Of a DNA stretch of 64,000 bases, positions 1 through 9,773 are shown in pieces. Origin of the DNA: Dehalococcoidia bacterium (GTDB lineage: Bacteria > Chloroflexota > Dehalococcoidia > DSTF01 > RBG-16-68-14); the NCBI GenBank assembly GCA_040882355.1, contig JBBEBM010000017.1:1-64000 (forward strand), written 5' to 3'. A program made the translations under genes and the position numbers. Every line of letters begins with the position of its first letter. Position 1 is the stretch's first letter. The notes below the pieces were generated by a model. It ran no database searches, was not told where the DNA came from, and worked only from the letters and a program-made list of their open reading frames with translations.

Positions 1-213
1 CCGGCGACCGTCGAGACCTACACCGTCGCTTACGGCCGCGAAGGCCCGGAGCGCGGCATCGTCATCGGCCGCCTTGACGACGGGCGGCGCTTCCTCGCGA
101 ACACGCCGACCGACCGGGCGCTGCTCGAATCTATGACGCAGCGCGAATTCGTCGGCGTGAAGGGCGCGGTCCGGAATGACGAGGGCGCCGGCATCAACGT
201 GTTTGCGCCCTAG
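1..213 (+). CDS. Partial (3' end) thiolase-like / acetyl-CoA acetyltransferase C-terminal domain
   Basis: Frame 1 reads PATVETYTVAYGREGPERGIVIGRLDDGRRFLAN...VFAP* with TAG at 211-213; the VETYTV...G.L.DG.RFLA pattern is typical of the extra C-terminal domain of thiolase-like proteins. Confidence 0.7.
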   Translation, partial: PATVETYTVAYGREGPERGIVIGRLDDGRRFLANTPTDRALLESMTQREFVGVKGAVRNDEGAGINVFAP

Positions 214-287
214 CGCGGCGTTGTTATAGAATCAGAAGTCGCTATATATAGAGAAGTCCCGTGGCGACATTAGTGAGAGGAGGCCAC

Positions 288-800
288 ATGAACGTCCAGT
301 CCGCCGTACAAATGCAGCTCAACTCCTGGCACTCCGTGCTCGATAGCATGGTGAGCGAGTGCGATGCCGAGGCGCTGGGCAAGGAGATGCCAGGCGCCAC
401 CGTCACGTCGATTGGCTCCGTCTACGCCCACATCGTTCTGAGTGAGGACGGGATCGTCAACGGCCTGTGCCAGGGTAAGCCGACCGTGTACGAGACCGGC
501 GGCTGGAAGGACACGATCGACATCCCCTTCGACGGCACCGTCCTGTCGCCCGACTGGGCGAGGGGCCTGAAGCTCGACGTCGCGACGTTCCGAGAGTACG
601 CGAAAGCCGTCTACACCGCCACAGACGCCTACATCGCCAACCTCCCTGACGCTGAGCTGGAGCGCAAGGTGCAGACCCCGATCGGCGAGCAGACGGTCGG
701 CTGGGCGCTGGTCGCCCTCCTGGCGACGCACCTGCCGCAGCACGCGGGCGAGATCGCCGCGCTCAAGGGCGTCCAGGGGCTCAAGGGGCTGCCTTTCTAG
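288..800 (+). CDS. DinB/YfiT-like four-helix metal-binding protein
   Basis: ATG 288 after GAGGAGG; SIGSVYAH...ED near the N-terminus and H-xxx-H-x-GEI near the C-terminus. Confidence 0.8.
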   Translation: MNVQSAVQMQLNSWHSVLDSMVSECDAEALGKEMPGATVTSIGSVYAHIVLSEDGIVNGLCQGKPTVYETGGWKDTIDIPFDGTVLSPDWARGLKLDVATFREYAKAVYTATDAYIANLPDAELERKVQTPIGEQTVGWALVALLATHLPQHAGEIAALKGVQGLKGLPF

Positions 801-877
801 ACGCTCCAGCACGTGACATCCGAATCCGTCGTGCAAGGGCGCGGGCGTGACGATATACTGAACTCTAGGGTCTCCTG

Positions 878-2233
878 ATGGAACAGCAGATCGGGTTCTG
901 CACTACCTCTGACGGCATCGGCATCGCCTACGCCACGGTGGGCGACGGGCCGCCCATTGTCTACGTCTGCGGCTGGCCGGGGCACCTCGCGCTCGAATGG
1001 GAGCTGTCGCCGCGCGTCTTCCTGGAAGACCTCTCGCGCGGGGTGACGCTAGTGCGCTATGACATGCGCGGCTCCGGCCTCTCCGACCGCGAGGTGGACG
1101 ACTTCTCCGTGCCGTCGCTGGTCAAGGACCTCGAGGCCGTGGTTGACCACCTCAACATCGAGCGCTTCACGCTGCTCAGTCTCGGCTTGCTCGGTGGGCC
1201 GATCAGCATGAGCTATGCCGCCGCTCACCCCGAGCGCGTGGCCAGCCTCGTCCTGTCGAGCGCATTCCTGCGCGGCGAGGGCATCATGAGCCCGCAGCAG
1301 CAGCAAGCGATGCTGTCCTACATCGAAACGTTCGGCTACCCGCTGGCCGTTGACGCGAACATGAAGCCGGAAGATCTGAAGCAGTTCCAGGAGGTCGTCC
1401 AGATCCAGAAGGCCGCGTCCTCGAACGCGACCATGGCTCAGGTCGCGCGCAGCATGGTTGCCGCGGACCTCGCGGACGTCGTCGGGCGGTTGCCGGAGCC
1501 CATCCTGATCGTCCACGGTAGGAACGACGACATCATCCCGTTCCAGTTGGGCCGGGAGCTTGCGCTGCACGTGCCCCAGGCGCAGTTCGTACCGCTGGAG
1601 GGGAGCACCGGCTCGCCGTGGACGATGAAGTTGGCGATCCTGGCCGAGATCAGGCGCTTCCTCCGCCTGGATGTGGCTCCGTCGGCCCCGCCATCGACGG
1701 CTACCGCCGTCGGCAGCCTGGTGACGATCCTCTTCACCGATATCGAAGACTCGACTGCGCTCACGCAGCACCTCGGCGACGACCGCGCGCAGGAGATGAT
1801 CGTCTCGCACAATAGCATCGTCCGCGATGCGTTGCGCTCGCACGCGGGCAGTGAGATCAAACACACCGGCGACGGCATCATGGCGTCGTTCCCGACCGCC
1901 AGCGGCGCCCTCGAATGCGCGATCTCCATCCAGCGGGCCGTCGCGGCGCACGCCGAGGGAGTGGACGACCACCATCCCCTCAGGGTACGCATCGGGGTAA
2001 ACGCCGGCGAGCCGGTCGCGGACGGCGACGATCTCTTCGGCACGGCCGTGCAGCTCGCCCGGCGCATCTGCGACAGCAGCGGCGGCACCGAGATCTTCGT
2101 CTCGGACGTCGTGCGCCAGCTCGCCGCCGGGAAGCGCTTCCTGTTCGCCGACAGGGGCACCGAAGCGCTCAAGGGCTTCGAGGACCCGGTCCGCCTCTAC
2201 GAGCTGCGCTGGCGAGACGAAACATCGCCGTAG
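878..2233 (+). CDS. Alpha/beta hydrolase fold fused to class III adenylate/guanylate cyclase (LipJ-like)
   Basis: N-terminal RYDMRGSGLS hydrolase motif; C-terminal TILFTDIEDST, KHTGDGIMA, RIGVNAGEP, DLFG, LKGF. Confidence 0.9.
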   Translation: MEQQIGFCTTSDGIGIAYATVGDGPPIVYVCGWPGHLALEWELSPRVFLEDLSRGVTLVRYDMRGSGLSDREVDDFSVPSLVKDLEAVVDHLNIERFTLLSLGLLGGPISMSYAAAHPERVASLVLSSAFLRGEGIMSPQQQQAMLSYIETFGYPLAVDANMKPEDLKQFQEVVQIQKAASSNATMAQVARSMVAADLADVVGRLPEPILIVHGRNDDIIPFQLGRELALHVPQAQFVPLEGSTGSPWTMKLAILAEIRRFLRLDVAPSAPPSTATAVGSLVTILFTDIEDSTALTQHLGDDRAQEMIVSHNSIVRDALRSHAGSEIKHTGDGIMASFPTASGALECAISIQRAVAAHAEGVDDHHPLRVRIGVNAGEPVADGDDLFGTAVQLARRICDSSGGTEIFVSDVVRQLAAGKRFLFADRGTEALKGFEDPVRLYELRWRDETSP

Positions 2234-2249
2234 GCGATACGGACGGCTC

Positions 2250-3581
2250 ATGGAGCCCCACATCCAATACGCGAAGACCGCCGACGGAGTGCGGATAGCG
2301 TTCTCTGTTTTCGGCGAAGGTCCCCCGCTAGTGATCCCGCCAGCCCTGACAGCAAGCCACCTGCAGATGGAGTGGGAGATGCCCGACCGGCGAACCGCCT
2401 TCGAGCGTTTCGCGGAGCGGGTGACCGTTGTGCGCTACGACCCACGAGGCGTAGGTATGTCACAACGCGACGTGCCTGACTTCTCGCTCGAGGCCACGAC
2501 GCGCGACCTCGAAGCCGTCGTGGGCCACATCGGACTCGAGCGGTTCGCGCTCTACGGCCGGCTCCAGATGGGCGATCTGCCGCTCGCCTACGCCGCGCGC
2601 CACCCCGAACGGGTGAGTCATCTGGTGCTCTGGCGCCTGACGCCGGCCGACCAAACGGGGCCGGCGCGGCCGATGCGATTCACGCTGAGCTTCGTGGACC
2701 AGGAGTGGGAGCTCTTCACCAACGTCTTCTCGCGCCTCGCCACCGGCTGGGACTCGCCCGATGCCACGCCACTCGCCATGCTCTTTCGCGCGTCTCAGTC
2801 GCCGCAGTCCTTTCGCGCCGCCTACGAAGCCGTTGTCTCCACCTCCCCACTCACCTTCGCCCGGGATGTTCGCGTACGGACACTCGTCATGCACCCTGTC
2901 GGAGATGAGCGCGCTGGCCAGTTCGCCATGCAGCTCGCTTCCGAGATCCCCAGCGCCCAGGTCGCAGGCATCCCCGGCGACGGCCCGCACGGCTTCCCGA
3001 ACGCGCTCGGAATCGCCGCGATCCAGGACTTCATGAACGCCGCCCCGGCCGCGCGTGAGCAGCCGCTGGACCTGGACACGGGCGCCTTCCGCACGATCTT
3101 GTTCACCGACATCGAGGAGCACACGGCCATCATGCAGCGCCTCGGTGACGAGCGTGGCCGCGACGTGTTGCGCGAGCACGACGGCCTCACCCGGGACGCG
3201 CTGCGCACGCACGGCGGCACGGAAGTGAAGACGGTCGGCGACAGCTTTATGGCGTCGTTCCCTTCCGCCCAACGCGCCGTCGAATGCGCGATCGCGCTGC
3301 AGCAGGCGTTCGGCTCCCGAGATGTCGCCGGCGAGCGCATTCACATCCGCATCGGCCTCAATGCGGGCGAGCCGATCGCCGAGAACGACGACCTGTTCGG
3401 CTCCTCTGTGATTCTGGCGGCGCGCGCGAAGGACGCGGCGCGCGGCGGCGACATCGTCGTCACGGACGTGGTTCGCCAGCTCGTCGCCGGCAAAGGCTTC
3501 TTCTTTGAGGAACGAGGCAGCGTCGCGCTCAAGGGCTTCGAGGACGCAGTGCGCCTCTACGAGGTGCGCTGGCAGGAATAG
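2250..3581 (+). CDS. Alpha/beta hydrolase fold fused to class III adenylate/guanylate cyclase (tandem paralog)
   Basis: RYDPRGVGMS; TILFTDIEEHT, KTVGDSFMA, RIGLNAGEP, DLFG, LKGFED. Confidence 0.9.
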   Translation: MEPHIQYAKTADGVRIAFSVFGEGPPLVIPPALTASHLQMEWEMPDRRTAFERFAERVTVVRYDPRGVGMSQRDVPDFSLEATTRDLEAVVGHIGLERFALYGRLQMGDLPLAYAARHPERVSHLVLWRLTPADQTGPARPMRFTLSFVDQEWELFTNVFSRLATGWDSPDATPLAMLFRASQSPQSFRAAYEAVVSTSPLTFARDVRVRTLVMHPVGDERAGQFAMQLASEIPSAQVAGIPGDGPHGFPNALGIAAIQDFMNAAPAAREQPLDLDTGAFRTILFTDIEEHTAIMQRLGDERGRDVLREHDGLTRDALRTHGGTEVKTVGDSFMASFPSAQRAVECAIALQQAFGSRDVAGERIHIRIGLNAGEPIAENDDLFGSSVILAARAKDAARGGDIVVTDVVRQLVAGKGFFFEERGSVALKGFEDAVRLYEVRWQE

Positions 3582-3635
3582 CAGCGCTATACTGCCGCCG
3601 CACCTTAGCGTCTCTCGCTCCCAAGGAGCCTCGTC

Positions 3636-5699
3636 ATGCCCGGCAGCGTCAAGCGATCCATTCGACCCGAAGACATCTACCTGCTCAAGACCGTCTTCGA
3701 CCCGCAGCTCTCGCCCGACGGGAAGCGCGTCGCGTACACCATCTCCTGGAGCGACGAGGAGTCGGACCAGACGCAGATGGCGATCGAGGTCGCGCCAGCC
3801 GACGGCCGCGGCAAGCCCCGCCGATTCACGCAGGGCAAGCACGATCACAGCCCGCGCTGGTCGCCAGACGGCCGGCACCTCGCCTTCGTCTCGAACCGAG
3901 GCGAGCGCAGCCAGCTCTTCGTCGGGCCGCTGGACGGCGGTGAGCCGCGCCGGCTCACTAAGGCGAAGTTCGGCGTCGCACAGCCCGCCTGGTCGCCCGA
4001 CGGCAGGCGCATCGCCTACCTCACTCACACGGGCGAGTACAAGGAAGGCAAGGAGCGCAACGCCGCCGAGCGGAACGCCCCGCGCGTGATCCGCGACCTG
4101 CGCCACAAGCTGGACGGCGTCGGCTTCTTCGACGAACGCCGTGTCCACGTCTTGGTGGTCGATGCCGACACCGGTGAATCGAGGCAGGTCACCGATGGCG
4201 ACTGGCACGACGACCAACCGGCGTGGTCGCCCGACGGCAAGTGGATCGCCTTCGTCTCCGATCGTGAGCGCGCGCGCCACCAGCGCCACCTGCACAGCGA
4301 CCTCTGGCTCGTCCCATCGGCCGGCGGGCGGTCGCGCAAGCTGACGCGCAGCCGGGGCCGCGCCGGCAGCCCGGCGTTCTCGCCGGATGGACGGCAGATC
4401 GCCTTCGTCGGCGGAGAGGACGGCAACGCGGTCTGGGCGAAGAACATGCAGTTGCTCGTGGTACCCACGACGGGCGGGGGGCCGCCGCGCTCCATCAGCA
4501 GCGCGCTCGATCGCTCGGTCGTGGGCGGCCTGGGCACCGCCGGGCGCACGTTCGCGTGGTCGCGCGATGGGCAGAGCCTGCTCTTTCTCGCCGGCGACCG
4601 CGGCGCCATCTCCCTGTACCGCGCCGGTCTCGCGAACGGCTCTGCGAGCAAGGTGCTGGGCGGCGACCGGGCGATCGACGGCTTCGACCTGGCGCCGGAC
4701 GGCAGGCGTGCCGTCTTCTCGGCAAGCTGGATCACGTCACCGAGCGAGATCTACACAGCGACGCTGAGCGGGCGCGGCCCGGAGCGAACGATCAGCCGCG
4801 CGAACGACGCGCTACGTAGCTCCGTCCAGCTCGGCCGCGTGCGCCGCATGACGTATCGCGCCTCAGACGGCCTTGCGATCGAGGCGTTCGTGCTCTACCC
4901 GACCCACTACCGCCCCGGGCGGCGCTACCCAACCGTGCTGGAGATCCACGGCGGACCGCACGGCGCGCACCCGTCGCCGCTATCACTCTTGCCCTTCCAG
5001 TCGCTGGCGGCGGCGGGCTACGTCGTGCTCATGCCCAACCCGCGAGGCAGCGGCACCTACGGCGAGGCGTTCACCGAGGGCTGCGTGCGCGACTGGGGCG
5101 GCAAGGACTACGACGACATCATGGCGGGCGTCGATGCGCTGATCAGGCGCGGCGTCGCCGATCCGGATCAGCTCTACGTAGCCGGGTACTCATACGGCGG
5201 GTACATGACCTCGTGGGCGGTCGGCCACACCGACCGCTTCCGCGCGGCCGCCGTCGGCGCGCCCGTCGCCGACCTGATCAGCGGTTTCGGCGAGGGCGAC
5301 ATGCCGCAGTTCGACCTCTACGAGCTGGGCGGGCCGCCCTGGGACCGCCCGGACGGGTACCGCGAACGCTCGTCCACGAGCTACCTGCCGAACGTGAAGA
5401 CGCCCGTCCTGCTCCTGCATTGGGAGGGCGACCTGCGCTGCCCTATCGGCCAGTCGGAAGAGATCTTCACGGGCTTGAAGCTGCTCGGCAAAGAAGTCGA
5501 GTTCATGCGCTACCCGGGCGGCTCGCACGTGGTCCGCGCGCCTTCGCAGGCGCTCGACATGAACCGGAGCACGATGGCCTGGTTCAACGACCACGCCCCG
5601 AAGGCACGCGCGGCCCGCAACGGCCGCGCTGCCGTGACACCACGGACCGTTACGCGCCGGAACGGCGCCCGACCAACTCGCGCGAAGGTGACCGCGTAA
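3636..5699 (+). CDS. S9C family peptidase (acylaminoacyl peptidase-like)
   Basis: WSPDG beta-propeller repeats, IHGGP, GYSYGG nucleophile, DLRC Asp, GGSH His; SD AAGGAG. Confidence 0.93.
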   Translation: MPGSVKRSIRPEDIYLLKTVFDPQLSPDGKRVAYTISWSDEESDQTQMAIEVAPADGRGKPRRFTQGKHDHSPRWSPDGRHLAFVSNRGERSQLFVGPLDGGEPRRLTKAKFGVAQPAWSPDGRRIAYLTHTGEYKEGKERNAAERNAPRVIRDLRHKLDGVGFFDERRVHVLVVDADTGESRQVTDGDWHDDQPAWSPDGKWIAFVSDRERARHQRHLHSDLWLVPSAGGRSRKLTRSRGRAGSPAFSPDGRQIAFVGGEDGNAVWAKNMQLLVVPTTGGGPPRSISSALDRSVVGGLGTAGRTFAWSRDGQSLLFLAGDRGAISLYRAGLANGSASKVLGGDRAIDGFDLAPDGRRAVFSASWITSPSEIYTATLSGRGPERTISRANDALRSSVQLGRVRRMTYRASDGLAIEAFVLYPTHYRPGRRYPTVLEIHGGPHGAHPSPLSLLPFQSLAAAGYVVLMPNPRGSGTYGEAFTEGCVRDWGGKDYDDIMAGVDALIRRGVADPDQLYVAGYSYGGYMTSWAVGHTDRFRAAAVGAPVADLISGFGEGDMPQFDLYELGGPPWDRPDGYRERSSTSYLPNVKTPVLLLHWEGDLRCPIGQSEEIFTGLKLLGKEVEFMRYPGGSHVVRAPSQALDMNRSTMAWFNDHAPKARAARNGRAAVTPRTVTRRNGARPTRAKVTA

Positions 5700-5724
5700 C
5701 CGCACATCGAGAGAGGAGCCGAGG

Positions 5725-7800
5725 ATGCCAACGAACCAGAAGAAGCGCCCGATCAGGCCGGAAGACTTCTACCTGCTCAAGACCGTCTCCGATCCACAGC
5801 TTTCGCCGGACGCCAAACGTGTCGCCTACGTCGTTTCGTGGAACGACAAGGACTCGGACGAGATGCAATCGTCTGTCTACGTCGTGGCCGCCGATGGCGG
5901 CGCGCCAGCGCAGCGTTTCACGCAGGGCAAACGCGACAGCAGCCCGCGCTGGTCGCCGGACGGACGCTCCCTGGCCTTCGTCTCCAAGCGCGGCGACGAC
6001 GAGGCGCAGCTCTTCCTCGCGCCGCTCGACGGCGGCGAACCGCGGCAGCTCACCAAGGCGAAGTTCGGCGCCTCGCAGCCCGCGTGGTCGCCCGACGGCG
6101 AGCGCATCGCCTACGTCGCGCGTACAGGCGACCACAAGCCTGCCAAGCAGCGCAACGCGATCGAGAGGAACGCGCCGCGCGTGATCCGCAACCTGCGCTA
6201 CCGCTTCGACGGCATCGGCTACTACGACGAGCGGCGCCCGCACATCTTCACCGTCGAGGTGGAGACAGGTAAGGAAACGCAGATCACCAGTGGTGACTAC
6301 GAAGACGGCCAGCCGGCGTGGTCGCCGAACGGCAAGTGGCTCGCCTTCTCGTCCGACCGTGAGCGCCAGCGCTTCCAGCGCTTCTGGAGCAGCGACATCT
6401 GGGTCGTACCCTCGACCGGTGGGCGGCCGCGCAAGCTGACGCGCAGCCGGGGCCGAGCCGGCAGCCCGGCGTTCTCGCCGGATGGACGGCTGATCGCCTT
6501 CGTCGGGCACGAGAACGGGGTCGCGGGCTCGTCAAAGAACTCGCATCTGTACGTCGTACCCTTCGCGGGCAGCGGGGCGCAGCGCTCACTCAGCGCTCCG
6601 CTCGACCGGAGCGCCTACGCGGAGCCGGGCGTCCCTGGCGGCACCTTCGCCTGGACGCGCAACGGGCAGAGCGTGCTCTTCCTCGCCGAAGACCGCGGCG
6701 CGATCTCGCTCTTCCGAACCGGCCTGGCCAACGGCTCCGTGAGCAAGGTGGTCGGCGGCGACCGGCAGATCCTGTCGTTCGCGCTGGCGCCGGACGGCAA
6801 GCAGGTCTACTTCGCAGCGATCTGGCCGTCCGAGCCCTCGGAGATCTACGCGGCGTCGCTGAACGGCGCTGCCCGCGAGCGCAACCTGAGCCACGCCAAC
6901 GACGAGCTGCGCAACAGCGTCGAGTTCGCGCCGTTCAAGCGCATGACCTATCGCGCCGCCGACGGTCTGGCGATCGAGACGTTCATCCTGCGTCCGCCCC
7001 TCGCGCAGATCGGGCGACGTCACCCGATGACGCTCCTCATCCACGGCGGCCCGCACGCCCGCCACCCGATGCCCACGGGCGGCTGGCTGCTGCATTATCA
7101 GGCGCTCGCCGCCGCGGGTCACGTGGTGCTCGCGCCCAACCCTCGCGGCAGCGCCGGCTACGGTGAGGCGTTCAGCCTGGCCTGTGTGCGCGACTGGGGC
7201 GGCAAGGACTACGAAGACCTGATGACGGGCGTCGACGTGCTGGTGGAGCGCGGCGTCGCCGACCCGGACCGCTTGTACGTCGGCGGCCGTTCCTACGGCG
7301 GCTTCATGACGACGTGGGTCGTCGGCCATACCAACCGCTTCCGCGCGGCCGTCGTCACGGCCCCGGTCTCCGACCTCGTCAGCAAGTTCGGCACCGCCGA
7401 CATCCCGACGTGGTACCCGTACGAGATCGGCGGCATGCCCTTCGAGAACCCGGACGAGTACCGCTTCCGTTCGCCGACGACGTACCTGCCGAACGTGCGG
7501 ACGCCGGTGCTGCTTACGCACTCGGAGGGCGACCTGCGCTGCCCTATCGGCCAGTCCGAAGAGATCTTCACGACGTTGAAGATGCTCGGACGGGAGGTCG
7601 AGTTCGTTCGTTACCCGGGCGGCTTTCACGGCGTGCGGACTCCTTCGCAGGAGGTCGATCAGACGAAGCGCGTCATCGCCTGGTTCGACGCGCACGCGCC
7701 GAAAGCCCGCGCGGCCCGCAACGGACGCGCCGCGGTGACACCGAGGTCCGGCACGCGCCGCAACGGAGCACGTCCAGCGCGAGCGAAGGTCACCGCGTAG
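5725..7800 (+). CDS. S9C family peptidase (tandem paralog)
   Basis: WSPDG repeats, IHGGP, GRSYGG, DLRC, GGFH; collinear with the upstream gene. Confidence 0.93.
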   Translation: MPTNQKKRPIRPEDFYLLKTVSDPQLSPDAKRVAYVVSWNDKDSDEMQSSVYVVAADGGAPAQRFTQGKRDSSPRWSPDGRSLAFVSKRGDDEAQLFLAPLDGGEPRQLTKAKFGASQPAWSPDGERIAYVARTGDHKPAKQRNAIERNAPRVIRNLRYRFDGIGYYDERRPHIFTVEVETGKETQITSGDYEDGQPAWSPNGKWLAFSSDRERQRFQRFWSSDIWVVPSTGGRPRKLTRSRGRAGSPAFSPDGRLIAFVGHENGVAGSSKNSHLYVVPFAGSGAQRSLSAPLDRSAYAEPGVPGGTFAWTRNGQSVLFLAEDRGAISLFRTGLANGSVSKVVGGDRQILSFALAPDGKQVYFAAIWPSEPSEIYAASLNGAARERNLSHANDELRNSVEFAPFKRMTYRAADGLAIETFILRPPLAQIGRRHPMTLLIHGGPHARHPMPTGGWLLHYQALAAAGHVVLAPNPRGSAGYGEAFSLACVRDWGGKDYEDLMTGVDVLVERGVADPDRLYVGGRSYGGFMTTWVVGHTNRFRAAVVTAPVSDLVSKFGTADIPTWYPYEIGGMPFENPDEYRFRSPTTYLPNVRTPVLLTHSEGDLRCPIGQSEEIFTTLKMLGREVEFVRYPGGFHGVRTPSQEVDQTKRVIAWFDAHAPKARAARNGRAAVTPRSGTRRNGARPARAKVTA

Positions 7801-7824
7801 GGGCGGCTTGCGAGCCGGCTCTAC
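7797..7824. repeat. GTAG-family REP-like palindrome overlapping the stop codon
   Basis: GTAGGGGCGGCTTGCGAGCCGGCTCTAC, an imperfect copy of 9652-9679. Confidence 0.7.
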
Positions 7825-7939
7825 AGAGGTCACTGAGCGCACCCGCGCTGGCCTGCCAAAGTGGCTACGGCGGGCTAGATTGTACAGCGCTCACCGCGTA
7901 CGCTGATCGCGGGCACCATCTCGATCAAGGAGGAGCATC

Positions 7940-8377
7940 ATGCAAGTCCCACCGCTGAATGACAACGACCTCGAGGACCTCTTGAAGCAGCCGCTGGTCG
8001 GCAAGATCGGATCGATCTCTCGAAAGGGCGAGGTCCGCATCACGCCGATCTGGTTTGAACCGCAAGCCGACGGCTCGATCCTGATGAACACGTTCGAGGA
8101 CTCGGGCCTGGTGCGCAACCTGCGCCGCAACCCGAAGTGCTCCATCGCCATCGACTCACGGGACTGGCCGTACATCGGCGTGCACTACTGGGGCACCGGT
8201 GCCATCGAGGGCCCGGAGAACGACGCCGGCGCCATCGGCAAGCTCTTCGCGAAGTACTTCGAGGGCGACCTCGCCGCGGCGACGGACTATGGCAACCAGC
8301 TCATGGGCTGGGGAACACGCGTCTTCGTTCGTCTGCGGCCGACGCGTAAGACGACCTGGGACTTCCGCCAGGGGTAG
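7940..8377 (+). CDS. Pyridoxamine 5'-phosphate oxidase-like (PPOX, split beta-barrel, possibly F420-binding) protein
   Basis: TPIWF, RNLRRNPKCSIAID, C-terminal TWDF; SD AAGGAGG. Confidence 0.8.
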   Translation: MQVPPLNDNDLEDLLKQPLVGKIGSISRKGEVRITPIWFEPQADGSILMNTFEDSGLVRNLRRNPKCSIAIDSRDWPYIGVHYWGTGAIEGPENDAGAIGKLFAKYFEGDLAAATDYGNQLMGWGTRVFVRLRPTRKTTWDFRQG

Positions 8378-8477
8378 CACCAGCAGCCCGGCGCTATGCA
8401 TCGTCCCTTGCTTCTAGTCGGAGATTCAGCCAAGCTGTGCTCGACCGGGACGGGGTGGCAAGCGGAAGGAGACCGTA

Positions 8478-9623
8478 ATGGCACGACAGTTAACCTCTTG
8501 GCCGGCGCGCGCGCTCGTTGTGGCGCTCGCCGTTGGGCTGGGCGCTGCGGTGGCCACGCCAGGAGCCGTTCACTCCGGCCCGACCTTCGTCATCGAGCCG
8601 CCGTACGATGTGAACTACAGTCTGTCCGACCTGGGCTCGGTGCCGGGCGTGCCGTTTTCGTACGGCGGACTCACGTTCCTGGCAGGCGACCCGAACACCC
8701 TGCTCATCGGCGGCGAGGCCAACGACGCCACGGGCGACATCTACTCGATCGGCGTGACGCGCGACGGCGATGGCCACGTCACGGGCTTCACAGGCACAGC
8801 CACCCTGTTCTCGGACGGCGCGTTCATCGACGGCGGGCTCGCCTACGGACCAGGCGGCGTGCTCTTCTACACACGTTACGATACCAACGAGATCGGCCAG
8901 ATCGAACCGGGCAGTAACACCACGGATAGGGTCGTCGACCTCACGCCATTGGGCATTACCTCATCAGTCGGCACGCTGGCCTTCGTACCCGCGGGCCATC
9001 CGAATCCCGGCCAGCTCAAGATCGCCAGCTACGACGGCGACACGTGGTACAGCGCAGCGATCGCACCTGACGGGACTGGTACGTACGACATCACGTCCGC
9101 CACGTTGCAAGAGACGTTCAGCTCCGGGCCGGGACCGGAAGGCATTGTCTACGTGCCGCCAGGATCTCCTGACTTTCCCGCCCAGAGCATGCTCATCTCG
9201 GAGTACTCAAGCGACGCTGTAGGCGTCTACCAGTATGACGCCAACGGCGACCCGATCGACTCGACGCGCGCTGACTTCATCGCCAACCTGTCGGGCGCCG
9301 AGGGCGCTGTGATCGACCCGATCACCGGCGACTTCCTGTTCTCGACCTTCGGGACGGACGAAGACACCGTCATCGTTGTCGAGGGCTTTGTCCCGCCGCC
9401 ACCCGAGCAGAGCCCAACGCCGACAGCTACCGAGCCATCCAGCACCGAAGAGCCGCCCGAGGCGACGCCGAGCGCTACAGTCGGCGCTGTTGGGCTGCCT
9501 GAGACCGGAACAGGCGCCGGGAGTGAATCGACGCTCTGGTGGCCCGTGGCCGCGATCTTCGGCCTGAGTGGCGTCGCGATCACCCTCGGGTTCGCTCGCA
9601 TCCGGGCCAGCCGCGTGCGCTAG
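8478..9623 (+). CDS. Secreted probable beta-propeller protein with LPXTG sorting signal
   Basis: N-terminal signal peptide, acidic Gly-rich body, P/T/E-rich linker, LPETG, hydrophobic helix, basic tail RIRASRVR. Confidence 0.8.
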   Translation: MARQLTSWPARALVVALAVGLGAAVATPGAVHSGPTFVIEPPYDVNYSLSDLGSVPGVPFSYGGLTFLAGDPNTLLIGGEANDATGDIYSIGVTRDGDGHVTGFTGTATLFSDGAFIDGGLAYGPGGVLFYTRYDTNEIGQIEPGSNTTDRVVDLTPLGITSSVGTLAFVPAGHPNPGQLKIASYDGDTWYSAAIAPDGTGTYDITSATLQETFSSGPGPEGIVYVPPGSPDFPAQSMLISEYSSDAVGVYQYDANGDPIDSTRADFIANLSGAEGAVIDPITGDFLFSTFGTDEDTVIVVEGFVPPPPEQSPTPTATEPSSTEEPPEATPSATVGAVGLPETGTGAGSESTLWWPVAAIFGLSGVAITLGFARIRASRVR

Positions 9624-9651
9624 CAGAGCGCATCACGCCAAAGAAACGCCC

Positions 9652-9764
9652 GTAGGGGCGGCTCGCGAGCCGCCCCTACAACGTCCCTGTCTTAGGCGGC
9701 GAGTTCAACCGACAGGCTGAAGCCTGTCCCGCGGCTGGCGGGCGCGTCTGAGACCGGCCCCTAC
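9652..9764. repeat. Cluster of REP-like palindromes between convergent genes (may also act as terminator)
   Basis: Perfect 28-bp palindrome GTAGGGGCGGCTCGCGAGCCGCCCCTAC (9652-9679), GACAGGCTGAAGCCTGTC (9711-9728) and a unit ending CCCCTAC at 9764. Confidence 0.8.
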
Positions 9765-9773
9765 AAGGTTCGC

